From assembly GCA_052327205.1 (NCBI GenBank), contig CM126234.1, positions 29,698,001 to 29,762,000 on the forward strand: 64,000 nucleotides of DNA, written 5' to 3'. The stretch comes from Somniosus microcephalus (Eukaryota). Numbering within the stretch: position 1 is the stretch's first letter; the number at the start of each line of letters is the position of its first letter. Made by a program: the position numbers and the translations under genes. Below, one piece after another: positions 23,880-36,420 of this stretch. The notes under the pieces are model-generated. The model worked only from the letters and a program-made list of their open reading frames with translations, searched no databases and was not told the origin of the DNA.

Positions 23880-24550
23880 AATCAAGCAGAGAATCACTTC
23901 CATCCATGCTATTGGGGATACAGAAACTTTTAAATCCTTGCTTAAAGGATTTCAGTTTGGCCTGTTGCCACACATCCAGGTATCTGAAGCTGCACAGGCT
24001 TCTTCAGCTGTTCTTTTGGTGTCCCTATTATTTCACATGTAAAGCCAGTTGTGGTACTTGTTTTGCAAAACATGCTTCAATGTTTTATTTACAGCCACAT
24101 TCACGACTTTCAGTTGCCTAGTGGTCCCTCCTGGTGTGGCTGTGTCAGTTTTGCATCGATGAATTGGCTCTTAAACAGCTAACTTTAAATGACCACAGAG
24201 AGCATCCATTCCCCGGCACCCGGACTTCGATTTCATGCAGTTCTTATCAATTCCCCCCGCCAAACCATATAAGTAAGTCCGGTGGAGTTTTATCCTTGGG
24301 TAAAAGTGTTTTTCATTTCATTATCACAAATGGCAGGTAGCTTCCTGCCATCTGGCATGACTTCCAGCAAAACTAAATAGCTGTTTTTCATTGCCTGTTC
24401 AAATGGAAATAGTAGGGTCTGCCATTTGCATTCACTGGTGCTGCTAGGCATAGCATATGACATGGGAATTTCATCTATATTGACCATTAGGTCTAAGATT
24501 TATCAATCATACCGTTTACACAGCTTTATGATGTAGCCCTGGTATTTCAT
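23880..24550 (-). mobile_element. Fossil pogo/Tigger-type DDE transposase
   Basis: Minus-strand remnants NIDEIPMSYAMPS, MPDGRKLP and TPGGTTRQLKVVNVAVNKTLK match the pogo motifs NxDETP, ADGxKLP and IPGGxTxxLQPLDVxVNKPFK. Confidence 0.7.
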
Positions 24551-24569
24551 TAACCGATGACCCTAACTA

Positions 24570-25570
24570 CTTCACTCTGCTTTTTCCCCCTTTTCGTATC
24601 CACCCCTTGGTTTCTTGATTTCCTCCCCACCCAACTCCTGATCACTCAACTACTTTCCTTGCCCCAGTGCTCACTGGCAATATTGATGGCTCCCTTTTCT
24701 ATAGGCACTGTTCCTTCGTGTCCTCTCAAGTTACTGCTGCATAGCTAGTTTCCCTTTCCTCTCCAAGGCCCTTGAATACATCGCTGCCACCTAGCTTCGC
24801 ACTTGCCCCTCCCACAGTTCCCTATTTGAATCCTTTCAGTCCAGCTTTTGTCCTCCTAGCATTGAAATCTCTGTTCAAAGTCAATAACATCACTTGTGTC
24901 TATAACATCTCTTCTTGTCCTTCTCAAACTCTAATGTTCCTTGTTTTTCTACATCTTGCCCTTCCATAAGCATGGGTTCAGGTCCATATGTGTGTTGATG
25001 GCACCCCGCTCTACCTCTCCACCACCACCGTTGACTTAAAAACCATTTCTGTGTTGTGGGACTGCTTGTCTGACATCCAGTCATGCATAAGCCTAAACCT
25101 CCTATTCAAAATTGGGAAGATCAATGCCAACTTATTCAGTGCCCGCCAAAGACTTTTACCTTGCCCCCTGACTTCATTCCCCTCTCCAGCTGCAAGCTCA
25201 AGTTGAACTATAAGATGCATAATGTCTGTGGCCTGTTTGACCATGAGCTTCGGCTATATAGTATGCATCACTATGGCTATTTACTTCCAGCGCCACAACT
25301 TTGCCCACCTCTGCTCTTTCTCTCTTTCTCCCCTCCCCCCCCCCCCCATGGTCGCTGAAATTTTTGTCTGCACTTTCACTATCTTTGGACTCGACTTCAC
25401 CAATTCTCTCCTGCCAGCCTTTTGCAATCCACCCTGCATAAACTCTCTGCCAAAACTCTGCAGCTTGCACCCTATTCCATACCAAGTGCCACTCGTTACC
25501 CCTTCAACGCCTTGCCCATCCTATCTCTGCAACCTCCTCCAGCCCTTGGGTGCTTTTGTCTGAACAGCCT
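24570..25570 (+). mobile_element. Degraded L2 LINE
   Basis: C/T-rich sequence collinear with the better-preserved L2 at 60490-61760. Confidence 0.7.
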
Positions 25571-26099
25571 CGATTGTCACTGCATAGCCATTTTTTCACA
25601 TCTCTTGCACAAAATGCTGCACCTTGCATATACTTTCTTGGTGGGCCTCATACTTTCCATCGTGAAGAGCTTATCTTTCAGCTTTCTCCAACTGCATTTT
25701 TCTCATGCGCAGCAACACAATTAACTTTATTTTCTGCAGAATCTGCAATGTTCTCACTTAGTATACGTCTGATGCTTCTTCTACTAATACCAATTTTACC
25801 AGTTCTGTTGCAGGTCTCCTGGTACCAATTTTAGCATCTCCATTCATACTGATCATGTCTTGCCATTGCTAGTAGGTGCTCGTGGTAAGTTGGAGAAGCC
25901 ACCAAGGTTTTCAGACAGATAAGTCCTTGTTTATAGACAGACCCAGAATGCCAAACAACTTTTGTAGTCTGTGGGTGTTGATGATATTTGATAGTGTGAT
26001 GATTTAAGCTTGGGGAGAGAGCGTAGGAAGGGAGCCCACCCCATTAGTTGGCATGATAAAACTCATCCATCATGGAGGGAGTACTCTCCAACAGTCTCA

Positions 26100-27230
26100 A
26101 CAACAACTTGCATTTATAGAGTGCCTTTAACTTAGGAAAATGTTGCAAAGCGCTTCACAGATGTAATCAAAAAAATTGGTCAACTAGGACTTGGTGCGGG
26201 ATAGAAAGCAGGAAGTAGAGTTTTGGATAAGCAGGTTTACTGAGCGTGGAGGATGGGAACCCAACCAGGAGAGTAGTGGAATAATGGAGTCCGAAGATGA
26301 CGAGGTATGGATGAAGGTGGTCGGGGCAGAGATGGGCGATCTTATGGAGGTGGAAGTCAGCAATCATTTTGATGGAGAGCATATGAGGTCAGAAGCTCAG
26401 CTCGGGTTGAATTGGATGCTGAGGCTGCAAACAGTGTAGGGGTAGAAAGAGAAGATATTTCTGTAGATGCTCTGGCTACAGTGGATAGGTAAGAGCGGAA
26501 CCAAGCAGGGCAATCCCACTAAACTGGACAACAGTGAGGCATTGGAGAAGGATGGTATAGTTGATTACCAGAGGATGAGGAGGGATAATGCACCAACGGT
26601 CACAGTCACAGAGAATGTTGCTCGTAACTGGTTGGGGCCATTTCGGTGCTGTGGGAGCAGCCAAATCTATTTGGAGAGATTCAGATGGACTTGCAGCAGA
26701 AATGGGCACTGATTTGGGAGGTGACAACACATTCAAGGGGTTTGGAGAGAATAGGTTGGAGATAGGGTGGTAGTTTTCAAGGACACAGGTTGAGGATAGT
26801 TTTTTTGAGGGGGGGGGTGATGACAACAGTTTTAAAAGGGAGGGAGACAGTATCTGAGGAGAGGGAACCAGTTACAATGTCAACTAGCGTGGAGCCAGGA
26901 AGGGAAGTTTTGTGGAAATGTCTGTTATCCTCCCAAGCTCCACTCTACATAAACTGAAGTTTTGCTGTCCGCATCCTATTCATCACTAAGTCCAACTCAC
27001 AAATCGGCTACAGCTCTGTCACAGACTGCATCCTCCACTCTTCTGACTCTGGCCTACTGTACGTTCTTCCCCACCCCTCATCCTTTCCCTCATTGGTAGC
27101 AGAATTCTCTGGTCACTGCCCTGCACTTTGGAAGTCCGTTTCCCCACTTGCTACATCTCCCCATTTTTAAAAGCCACATAATCACCCTCTTCAACCATAC
27201 CTTTTACCACCTCTCTTAACTCTTCTCCAT
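26100..27230. mobile_element. Degraded L2 LINE pieces (26100-26910 on -, 26920-27230 on +)
   Basis: LENYHPISNL and NILCDCD on -; L2-type tail at 26100-26165. Confidence 0.7.
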
Positions 27231-30194
27231 AACTTGCATCATTGAACAGCTAAAGCAGGGAAGGAAACCCAAAATGACGGGTCTTGAAGCTGCTGCAACA
27301 AAATTGAACAGAAATTATTTTTTCTCCACCCTCCCAACAGATTTTTCTTTGCCTTCAGCATATATACTGTGGGACATGGGTTAATCTAGGTTTAGGAAAT
27401 ACCAAGGTTATAACAGTGAATAATTCAGATAATTAAATTCTAATGTCATATGATATTCAGCTCAGCAGTTATATAAGCAGGGTATGCTGGGAGGTCCAGC
27501 CAGTTCAGTTAAGTGGTGTTTGGATAAGGGGTGTCCCTTGGTACAGACAGTAATTTAAAAAAAATGAAATTGCTAATTTGAAAGGTATTTAAAGTTGCTA
27601 CTCTTTCGAGCACTGTGTAGTGCTTTTTACTAATAGAAACTAAAGCGTAGGAGTATTTAAAAAAAACAAACAAACCCTGCATAAACTGGAAGACTACAGT
27701 GCCCTTCTCCAGGGCAATTAGGGATGGGCAATAAATGCTGGTCTTGCCAACAACGCCCACATGACTGAATTTTTTTTTTAAAGTGCCCACCTTTTAGTGT
27801 CTTGCATCTGAAAGACAAGTTAGCTTGTAACAGGGCCTGGCATATGAGATTCACTGCAAATGCAGGCTTGATGACTTGAAACACTGATATTTAACTGAGG
27901 TGAGTCTTGGAAATTAGAGGATGGATTACCTTGCAAAAACAGATGGAAAAACTATCTTCTGCTAAGCCCATTCACTTTGAATGAGGCATCAGATAGGAAG
28001 GGATGGTGTACCAATATAATGTGCCATGAAATGATGGAACTTTGGTTCATGCATAGGGCCCCCACAATGAAGATTTCTAAATTAATGCCCCTTTATGTAC
28101 AGAAGCACTTCACGTAGAAGTGGTTTTCTAATATGTTGAGGCTGCTAGTACTGTAGTGGCAACACAAAAACTGTCTTGAAATCCTAATTGCAGCTTGGAT
28201 GCCAAATCTTTTCCAGTGGTTCCCGGTCTCGGAAGGAAAATCGGAAGTGCAGATCAATCTGTACGCACACTTCCTAGTATTTGGTCAGAGAGCTATGTTT
28301 GGCAGTGATTCATCCAGCTTTTTGACCATTGAATGCAGAGCAATTCTGGCTGACACCCCACCCCCATCCCCTTGCTAGCTGATGGAGATGCAGCTAGTTG
28401 TAGTGCTCTCTCTACCAGTCTAATTGATTGACTAACAGTACAAACCAGGGGTAAATCTACTTCCTGGCCTGTAAAGCTTAGTGCAATACTATACTGTGTA
28501 TTTACTCACTTGGGAGCTGCTATTGTGTCTGAAGTTACATTCTGGCAATTTATATTTCAGACCTTAAGAAAACTTTTCACACAAATTTGGATAGGTTTGA
28601 TTATCAATTTATATCTTAAAAGTATTTTTAATATAACATTTTTAGGTCTGGTTTCACTTCGTACGTTGAGCTGCAGGCACAAGTCAATTGAAACAAAATC
28701 GTTCAACACGTGGCGCAATATTGTGGGTAGATTGGGAAAGGAAGTTTCAATACATTGGTAGGGGTAGGCCAGATTTTTCTTCTCCTGTAGCAGAGAGAAA
28801 TCCTGCGAGTTTACATTTTATTGAACTATACCTTTTTTTAATTGGAACATATTCTAGACTTTGTTCATAGGACAGCTGCACAGTTTGACGAGTCTGTCTC
28901 ATTCAGCATCATTGCACACAGTAGGAATAAGTCCAGATTATCAACCAAGGAAAACGATTATGGATATACATTTTAAGAAAATGTTGGCACCTGCTTCAGG
29001 AATACCATGCTTGAGATGCTCTTTTCCTGTACTGTATAAGGGCGTCTTCTTCCCATTACTAATGTGCCAGTTATTTTTCATTGTTGCACAGAGTGGTGCT
29101 GCTGTTCAGTAGGGCTGAATTCTTCATCTTTGGATTTTCCCTCTTGCAAAACTGTTTTCACTTTGACCGAGAATGTCTCCTTGCACTAAGTATTTTGTGA
29201 AATGTGATCAGGTATTTATGATGGCCACTCCTCATGCTTGCAGCGCTTATTGTTGAAATACCATAAAACGAACCGTCATTATGTACCATGTGTTTGTGTT
29301 TCCATACAAAACAACGGCATATTAATATTGTGCTGTCATGTATTACGCTTTGTTCTGCTTGCTGTGGAAAATGTATGCATCAAATGAATGATGTCACTAT
29401 AGGGTACTGGAAGGGCAAAGCTCATGGGCAACATCATCAAAGTGAAACGTCCGAAGGGATTGTGTCCATGTAGGTAACCTGGACTCACTCCTGAGGTATA
29501 TGAAGGATACTTTTATTTGAAGAATGAGAAAGACCATACAATGTAGGTAATGTTACTTCTTTGATTATATTCTGGATTGTGCCATACTATGTTTCAAGTG
29601 GATTATTAACGCTGTATGTTACACACCTAGGTGGTATAACATGCCTTTTTATTACTATAAAAATTAGGTCCAATGGAGCATCCCCAGAGCAGTTCTCAGA
29701 ACTCTGTAATAAAAAAGTAAGTGGATTTTTCAGTTTTGTGGCTCTGCATTCAAGTCGCTAAGCGGTTCATATGCTTATGTCTCATTCAACCTTTATTTTG
29801 ATTATTCTGGTCACCTTGCTTTTTGATTCTGGTTTGCCTAGCTGGCGCAGAATGAGGAATACTGGCAACAGGTGGTGAGTCCTACAGGTTCTTAAACTGT
29901 CTAGAATGCTGTGTTGCTTTGTCATTAAAAAATATAGTGTGACTTAAGCAAATTCTGTTTAAAAAGAAAATGTGGTTGATATATTTTACAAATTTGATAG
30001 TTTGTGTTTATAGTAGTACATATGATTATTATTGATTCTGCAAATTCCAATATCGCCAGTCATTTAAAAAACATATCACTGTATTTCAACCAAATTTCAG
30101 AAGCATTCTCTTGTCCTCAAGTGCTGTGTTCCTTCAAATAATGGGCCTGTTTGGAACTCTAGAATTCTCCAAATTGCATCTCTTCAGTAACCGA

Positions 30195-31035
30195 TGGCGA
30201 AAGACTACAGGAGGACATAGGCTAAAAGATGGGCAGACAAGTGGCAGATGCAGTTTAGTGTAGAAAAATATGAAATATTACATACTGAAACTAAGAATAG
30301 GGGAAAGGAAATACACCGTAAATATTAAAATTCAAAAGGGAGTAGAGGAGCAATGGGACCTTGATTGTGTGAATACATAAGTCATTGAAGGTGGCAGTGC
30401 AAGTGAATAAGGCCTTAAAAGGGCAAACAATCCTTGGGTTTTTTTTATCTAGAGGTACAGAGTTTAGAGAGTGATGTTGAACTTGTACAAGGCCTCAGTC
30501 AGGCTGCAGCTGGAGTATTCTGTACAATTATGGACATCCTGTTAGAGGAAGGATATGAAAGCAATGGAAAAGGTGCAGCGTAGATTCACTAGAATGTTAC
30601 CAGGGCTGAGGAGATACGGTTATCAAGAGAGACTTGAGAAGTTAAAGCTGTTTTTCACAAGTTGAGAAAATTAAGGGGTAACCTGATAAGAGGTCATCAA
30701 GATTATGACGGTAATGGGAGAGCACAAAGTTAAGATAATCACAGAAATAAAGAGGGGGTTGAAACATTTCAGTGTAGTTAGAATGTTGAATTTTCTGCCA
30801 CAGTCTATTGTTGAAGCAGAGTACATAAATTGTTTTAAAAGAAAATGAGATCGTTGCTTGAAAAAGGGGAATATTAAAAGGTGATATGGGGTGCAAGCAG
30901 GCGAGTGGGATTAAGCTCGGTGAGATATTAAAGGGTTTGGAGAACGAGCAAGAAAGTGGGATTAGACTAGGTGGCTTGAGAAAAACGTGGGCGCAGACTT
31001 GATGGAACAAATGGCCTGTTTCTGTGCTGATTCTA
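30195..31035 (+). mobile_element. Degraded CR1 LINE 3' fragment
   Basis: Decayed WADKWQMQF, LYKASVRLQLEYS and KVQRRFTRM words; CR1 3' end ATGGCCTGTTTCTGTGCTG. Confidence 0.8.
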
Positions 31036-32228
31036 TAGGCAAACACCTGGAATTTCTTTTGCACCAGTTTATCACCAAAGTAACAAAACTTCAAACTTGC
31101 TGAGAGATTTTTAGCAGACTCTTGGCTCCTTCTGATACTAGGCAAGCTGGAAGGTGCACATGCTGCATTTGTGTATCAAAAACACTAAAGTAAGTTGAGG
31201 ATTTCAGTATTAACAACAAAATAATCATGGTGTAAACTTTCCATTTGTGCATGATTACTAGCATAACCCACAAGGCATTACTCAGAACTATATGTATATT
31301 TGGCATGTTACCAAAACAGGGCTGAAATATTCCACATACTGACTAGCCTGAGACAAATTACTTACCAGCTTTGGTGAGCTGAATACTCAGCAGCTTGCAA
31401 ATAATTCTGCTCTTGTTTTTCTCTCAGTACACCTGATCCTTTATGGCCAGTTGCAGCTTTTTGCCTTCCATAAAAACATATGGGACTTTGTCTCATCGGA
31501 CGCTGGTGGGTTCCTTTTAGTATTATTTACATTGAAAGCCATACTTGATGCTGTAATAGACACTGACTAATGATCTCAAGGAGTTAACATTTTTTACTTT
31601 TGTCAAAATGCAATTTCCAATACAAGTGAACATAATACAAGTGTTGAATTGTGTCTTTGTGCTTAATAACATAACCTCCTAAGCAGTCTACCAAATCTGT
31701 GGTCTCATTTTTTTGGCATCCCATTTGAGCGAGATCAATCTGTCATAAGCTCTCATTTGAATCCCTGCTTGCATTTGCGCTAAATTTTTGCGCTAACGTA
31801 GCAAACGGAGAAAAATGCATCTAATTCTAGCCAGCTCCTCTGCTGCTGATTGCTGCCTTCATTGCCGCTTGTGCATGGTGTTCGTGGGGCTCCTTCAGAT
31901 TCTTGTTATGAAAAGCCTTAAGCCTGGCTCCCAGTGTTACTAGAAACTACCCTCCCTGCCAATTGCCACTGTCCTGTGCCTTTTATTTGCTGTATGATGT
32001 TCACTTCAGCCTTTGAACATCAGTTACTAACTTTCTTCAAGGATAAAGATGCTAGCTTTAAATATGCATCTGGCGCATAATGGGAAACTTTCAGACTCTC
32101 ACTGGTATGAAACCTGCAGGAAGAGAGCAGTTGAGGAGGATTTTCATAATGCTGAATTTTTGGAGTTGCGGCTTTTATTTCACGATCATACTGCTACTTA
32201 TACTGGATGCAATGCTTTTTTTTCTGGT

Positions 32229-32545
32229 GGCAAACAACTAACAGATCTGTGTCCGTGACTATAAGCAAAATCAGTGCCAGTTCTGGATAGCACTAGCCAT
32301 GCGCAAAAAAAAAAAAATGGAATAATTATAGCAATATCTTGGCAAGCAACCAACTAACAGATCTGTGCCAGTTCTGGATAGCACTAGCCATGCGCAAAAA
32401 AAAAATGGAATAATTATAGCAATATCCTGGCAAGCAACCAACAGATCTGTGTCAGCGGCTATGAGCAAGAGCAGTGCCAGTTCTGGAGATAGCACGAGTC
32501 ATGCGCAAAATAAAAATGGAATAATTATAGCAATATCCTGGCAGC
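32229..32545 (+). repeat. Three-copy tandem repeat (~85-110 bp units)
   Basis: Core GTGCCAGTTCTGGATAGCACTAGCCATGCGC(A)nTGGAATAATTATAGCAATATC[CT]TGGCA three times, each preceded by AACAGATCTGTG. Confidence 0.9.
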
Positions 32546-33097
32546 TATGAGATCGAGTCCCTTCTATAAACATGCTTGCTAATCCACCAGTTATTGGCAA
32601 AATAAAAGCAATACCTTAGTCCAGTGGTGTCGGTGTTTGAGTGACCTCACAAGACAGTTTACTGTGTGTTATTTCTGAGTGAGTGAGTAAGTGCCTGGTC
32701 AGATCACTCAAGACATTTACACCACTGGCACTGAAATATGAGAGTAAGTTCAGTGCTCTCGGCAGGGGACCACGTTCAAAAGAAGCGCAGGTTGCAGCTG
32801 TATAGTACTGATTCTTGAACCTAAGCTTCCTTGGAACAGGAGGTTGTGAATTTATCCCATGGTTTTTATGTGCAATAAATCAAGACACATGTGAATGTTA
32901 ATGCATTTATTTCTATTTGGATTATCACCATATATAATCTGCAATAAGATATGCTGCTGCCCTGAAACATGCTCCACAGAGTGCTGGTCTGGGTAATTTA
33001 CAGAAACTTGGTGATTTCTTATTGTTTCACGACCTTTCTTTTGCTGTTGGGTTGTTCTGGCACTGCAGGTGATCAAATCATGTGACATGGTGGGCCC

Positions 33098-33512
33098 ATG
33101 AGTCAGAGGTTGTGGGTTTGAGCCCCACTCTCTGGCTTGAGCACATAATCTAATCTGACACTTTAGTGCAGTGCTGAGGGAGTGCTACATTGTCAGAAAT
33201 GGCATCGTTTGGATGAGATAAACTGAGGCCACAGCTGCCTGTTCAAGCGGGTGTAAACGACTCTATTGCATAATTTGAAGAGATGGGGATTTATCCCAGT
33301 GTCGTGGCCAACATTTATCCCTCATCAAACACCACCAAAAACAGATTATCTGGCCATTTGCTGTTTGTGAGACTTTGCTGTGCGCAAATTGGCTGCAGTG
33401 TTTGCCTACAAAACAACAGTGACTACAACTTCAAAAGCAATTCATTGGCTGTAAAGCGCTTTGGGACATCCTGAAAGCATGAAAAGCGCTATATAAATGC
33501 AAGTTTTCTTTC
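33098..33512 (+). mobile_element. SacSINE1-like (Deu-domain) SINE
   Basis: Collinear with the full copy at 61776-62277; tail GCGCTATATAAATGCAAG. Confidence 0.85.
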
Positions 33513-35527
33513 AATGGTGTTATATCACATGATTTGGAGAATTATTTCACCAACCAGGTTACAGGAGAATATTGTTGCTTCTGTGTATATTGTGATATTT
33601 TACACACTTTGTGTCAGATGATAAGAATAATTGTCATTTTTTCAACTGAGAAATAAAAGGAAAATCAACTTTTCAACTTAAAATATCACGATCACAGTGT
33701 ATCGAAATGTCCGCCTGCAGAAAGGGGTCAACGCCTCCTGCTGCTTTCCCAGTTCCACGTACAGGCATTTATCATTCACTCAGGTCACCAAAGTTTAAAC
33801 AATTTAAATAACTACTCTTAAAAATGATGATAGGTATAAGACAATAATTCAATTGAGCAGATCTTCTGTTATAATAAACCAGCAGAGATAATGTAAGAGT
33901 TGTTGACTGCCAGAAGAACCCCCAAGGTTGAGTGGAAGTCTTAAAGTTGTCATCAATTCTTTGCAGTAACTCCTCATAACTGAGTGACACAGTGCATTGG
34001 TATCATCTATGAGGCACTGCCTCTGGACAGCCATGCAAGCCACAAACCTCTTACCTTGGAGTTGAGAGATGGAGGTGGTATGGTCTAGGTGAAAATATAA
34101 TGCCACTGCATTGTACAGAGGAACAGTAGGTAATGAATTTAGTCCCATGTTTTTTGAGGTGTTTTCCTTACAGAGAGGCGTGAGAGCTATCCTTCTCTGT
34201 GAGGAAATGGTGCATGGGGGAGGGAGAAAGGAAATCAAATTGGTGATGACATAGGACCTAGAATTAGATGGCTTTGTTCAAAAGATTCCATTATAATTAT
34301 TATTTTTGTGTGTTTTGCAGTTTCCATCTCGGCTGCATGCCCTCTGTTACCTCAAACTGGGAAAACAGTTCAAATTGCAGCCTTAATTATTAATAGTTTG
34401 TCTTCCTCTGGGTGCTGTGTTGTGGCCCGTTTTGAGGGTAAGCTGTGAATCTTTCCCATACTTCTTAAGTGCGCCTCCTGGCGGCTCCACTGAAGAATGG
34501 CATTGATTCTGCTGATAAAGTAGTGCATAGGCTTGATCCTCCAAACTCCAAGAGAATAACATGCTCAGCGGAGGAGAAGGAACACCGTCCAAAATACATC
34601 TCTATAAATAGGGCAGTGTGTCATTTTTAGTTGATAGAGAAGTGTTTTTACTTTTTTCATACTTTCAGGCTGCCTAGGCTAACCACATCCTTTTACGTTT
34701 TCAGCCTGTATATTATGATGCTGAACCAAACCCTAATATTACAATAATAAGGATAATTAAATGTCATTTTATGAACTTAGAAAAATAAATGCCTAAAACA
34801 ATTTAAAATAAAATATTTATAAAAAAAAACTTCTGCCCAACCTGTCTTTGATTTTTAGCTCCTTTTTTTCTTTGACCCTTTCTCCCTCAGTCTGCTATTT
34901 TCATTATTTTTATTTGAATTATTTTTCCATCTAATCCAACCCAATCTTAAAAATGAAAGTATTGCGCTTAAAACGTATTTAACTTCTGTCTCACACAGAA
35001 TCACAGAAACCCCACAGTGCAGATAGAGGCCATTTCCTGGGTCTCGCCACCCGCTTGGGAAGTGGGAGCCAAATCCCAATAAAATGGTCCTTGGCTAAGA
35101 ACAGGATTCAGTGGCTGTTTTTTCAGCCAGTTGAGGGTCATAAATATCACCATGTGCATTTTTGCTACAATTTTCTTGTGTCAAATACAGGAGCCCACTG
35201 CTCGATTAAATTATACCAACAGCTGGGAAGTGAGATCACACCCTGATGAGACAACTTGGCACCACACAAAATGGCTAATATTGACGTTATTGAAGCCTCA
35301 TGCAAACACCTTTCTTAATGCTATCGCTTTTACAAAACAAGGCAACTAATATACATAAAAAGAGTGCTTACAATTTGGTAGGAGATCTTTCACACTCTTG
35401 GGATAAACTTGTCACCCACTCCTCGTTGTGTATCCTCGATTAAGTCACCTTTGGGTGGGATTTTTTGGGGGTGGAGCGAAGATGACCCACGCTTACTTTG
35501 TGGTCGGTCCCTTTTTCTCTGACATGA

Positions 35528-35580
35528 TTCATTCTTCTTTTGCAGTTGTTTGTTGAGCAGCGCAGAAATAATCGGTAAAA
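35528..35580 (+). other. Splice acceptor (AG 35544-35545) and 5'UTR part of the coding exon, copy B
   Basis: TTCTTCTTTTGCAG|TTG, homologous to the copy A acceptor; contains GCAGCGC at 35557-35563. Confidence 0.8.
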
Positions 35581-36420
35581 ATGGCAGACAATAATGTTGT
35601 TAACAATGGCAAAGACGGGGCTGGCCAGAGCACGGAAGACGTTTGCCGGGACTACCTGCGCAATGTCTGCTATCGCGGCAAGACCTGCAAGTACCTCCAC
35701 CCGGACATAAATGAGGTACATGACCTAGGCGTGAAAAAGAATGAGTTTGTCTTCTGTCATTACTTTATGAATAATGTTTGTACCCGTGCAAAGTGCACAT
35801 TCATACACGGGACAGCAGAGGATGAGGAATACTACAAAAAAACAGGGGAGCTTCCCCTGCACTTGCGCTCCAAGGTGGCTGAAACCTACGGTCTGTCAGT
35901 TTCTGACCTACCTGCTGATAAAGGTGAGATTCCAGTATGCCGTGACTACCTTAAAGGTGACTGTCAAAGAGGCTCAAAATGTAGATTCCGGCACTTCAAA
36001 CGTGACAATTCAGAACATGAAATCAGACTGTCACGAGACCCCCCACTTTCTCAGCCATTGCGTAAATCTGATCGAGTGGATAATGACAGTGGCATCAATT
36101 GTTATGAGTATGACCACCGCTTGAAGAGGAGAAAGTTGGAAGGGTTTGAGTTTGAAGTGTACGAGTACGATCTCACAAGTCGACGGCCAGTTGACTCCGG
36201 ATACCTGGAGGAGGAGAACCTTATGCTGCGAAACCGGAATGAGGAACTCAAAAAGCAGGTGTCCAATTTGATGGGCAACAATGAGGTGCTTCTGGAGCAG
36301 AATGCGTTTCTCCGCAACCAAATAAAGACAGCAATGGTGAACTCCTTGCCCACAACGACAACTGGGAGATTCAGCCACTGCACTTCCCCAGGGGTTAAGA
36401 CCAGGGGACTTTGGGAGTAA
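35581..36420 (+). CDS. ZC3H10: ZC3H10-like CCCH zinc-finger protein, copy B (three fingers, 279 aa)
   Basis: Three CCCH fingers with ZC3H10 linkers (LGVKKNEFVFCH, EDEEYYKKTGELP, DLP..KGEIPVCRDYLKGDCQRG); LKRRK; coiled coil LEEENLMLRNRNEELKKQVSNLMGNNEVLLEQN. Confidence 0.95.
   Translation: MADNNVVNNGKDGAGQSTEDVCRDYLRNVCYRGKTCKYLHPDINEVHDLGVKKNEFVFCHYFMNNVCTRAKCTFIHGTAEDEEYYKKTGELPLHLRSKVAETYGLSVSDLPADKGEIPVCRDYLKGDCQRGSKCRFRHFKRDNSEHEIRLSRDPPLSQPLRKSDRVDNDSGINCYEYDHRLKRRKLEGFEFEVYEYDLTSRRPVDSGYLEEENLMLRNRNEELKKQVSNLMGNNEVLLEQNAFLRNQIKTAMVNSLPTTTTGRFSHCTSPGVKTRGLWE

Noticed and set aside
32229-32545. Repeat resembling a CRISPR array
   Set aside because: Eukaryotic context, no unique spacers, no cas genes.
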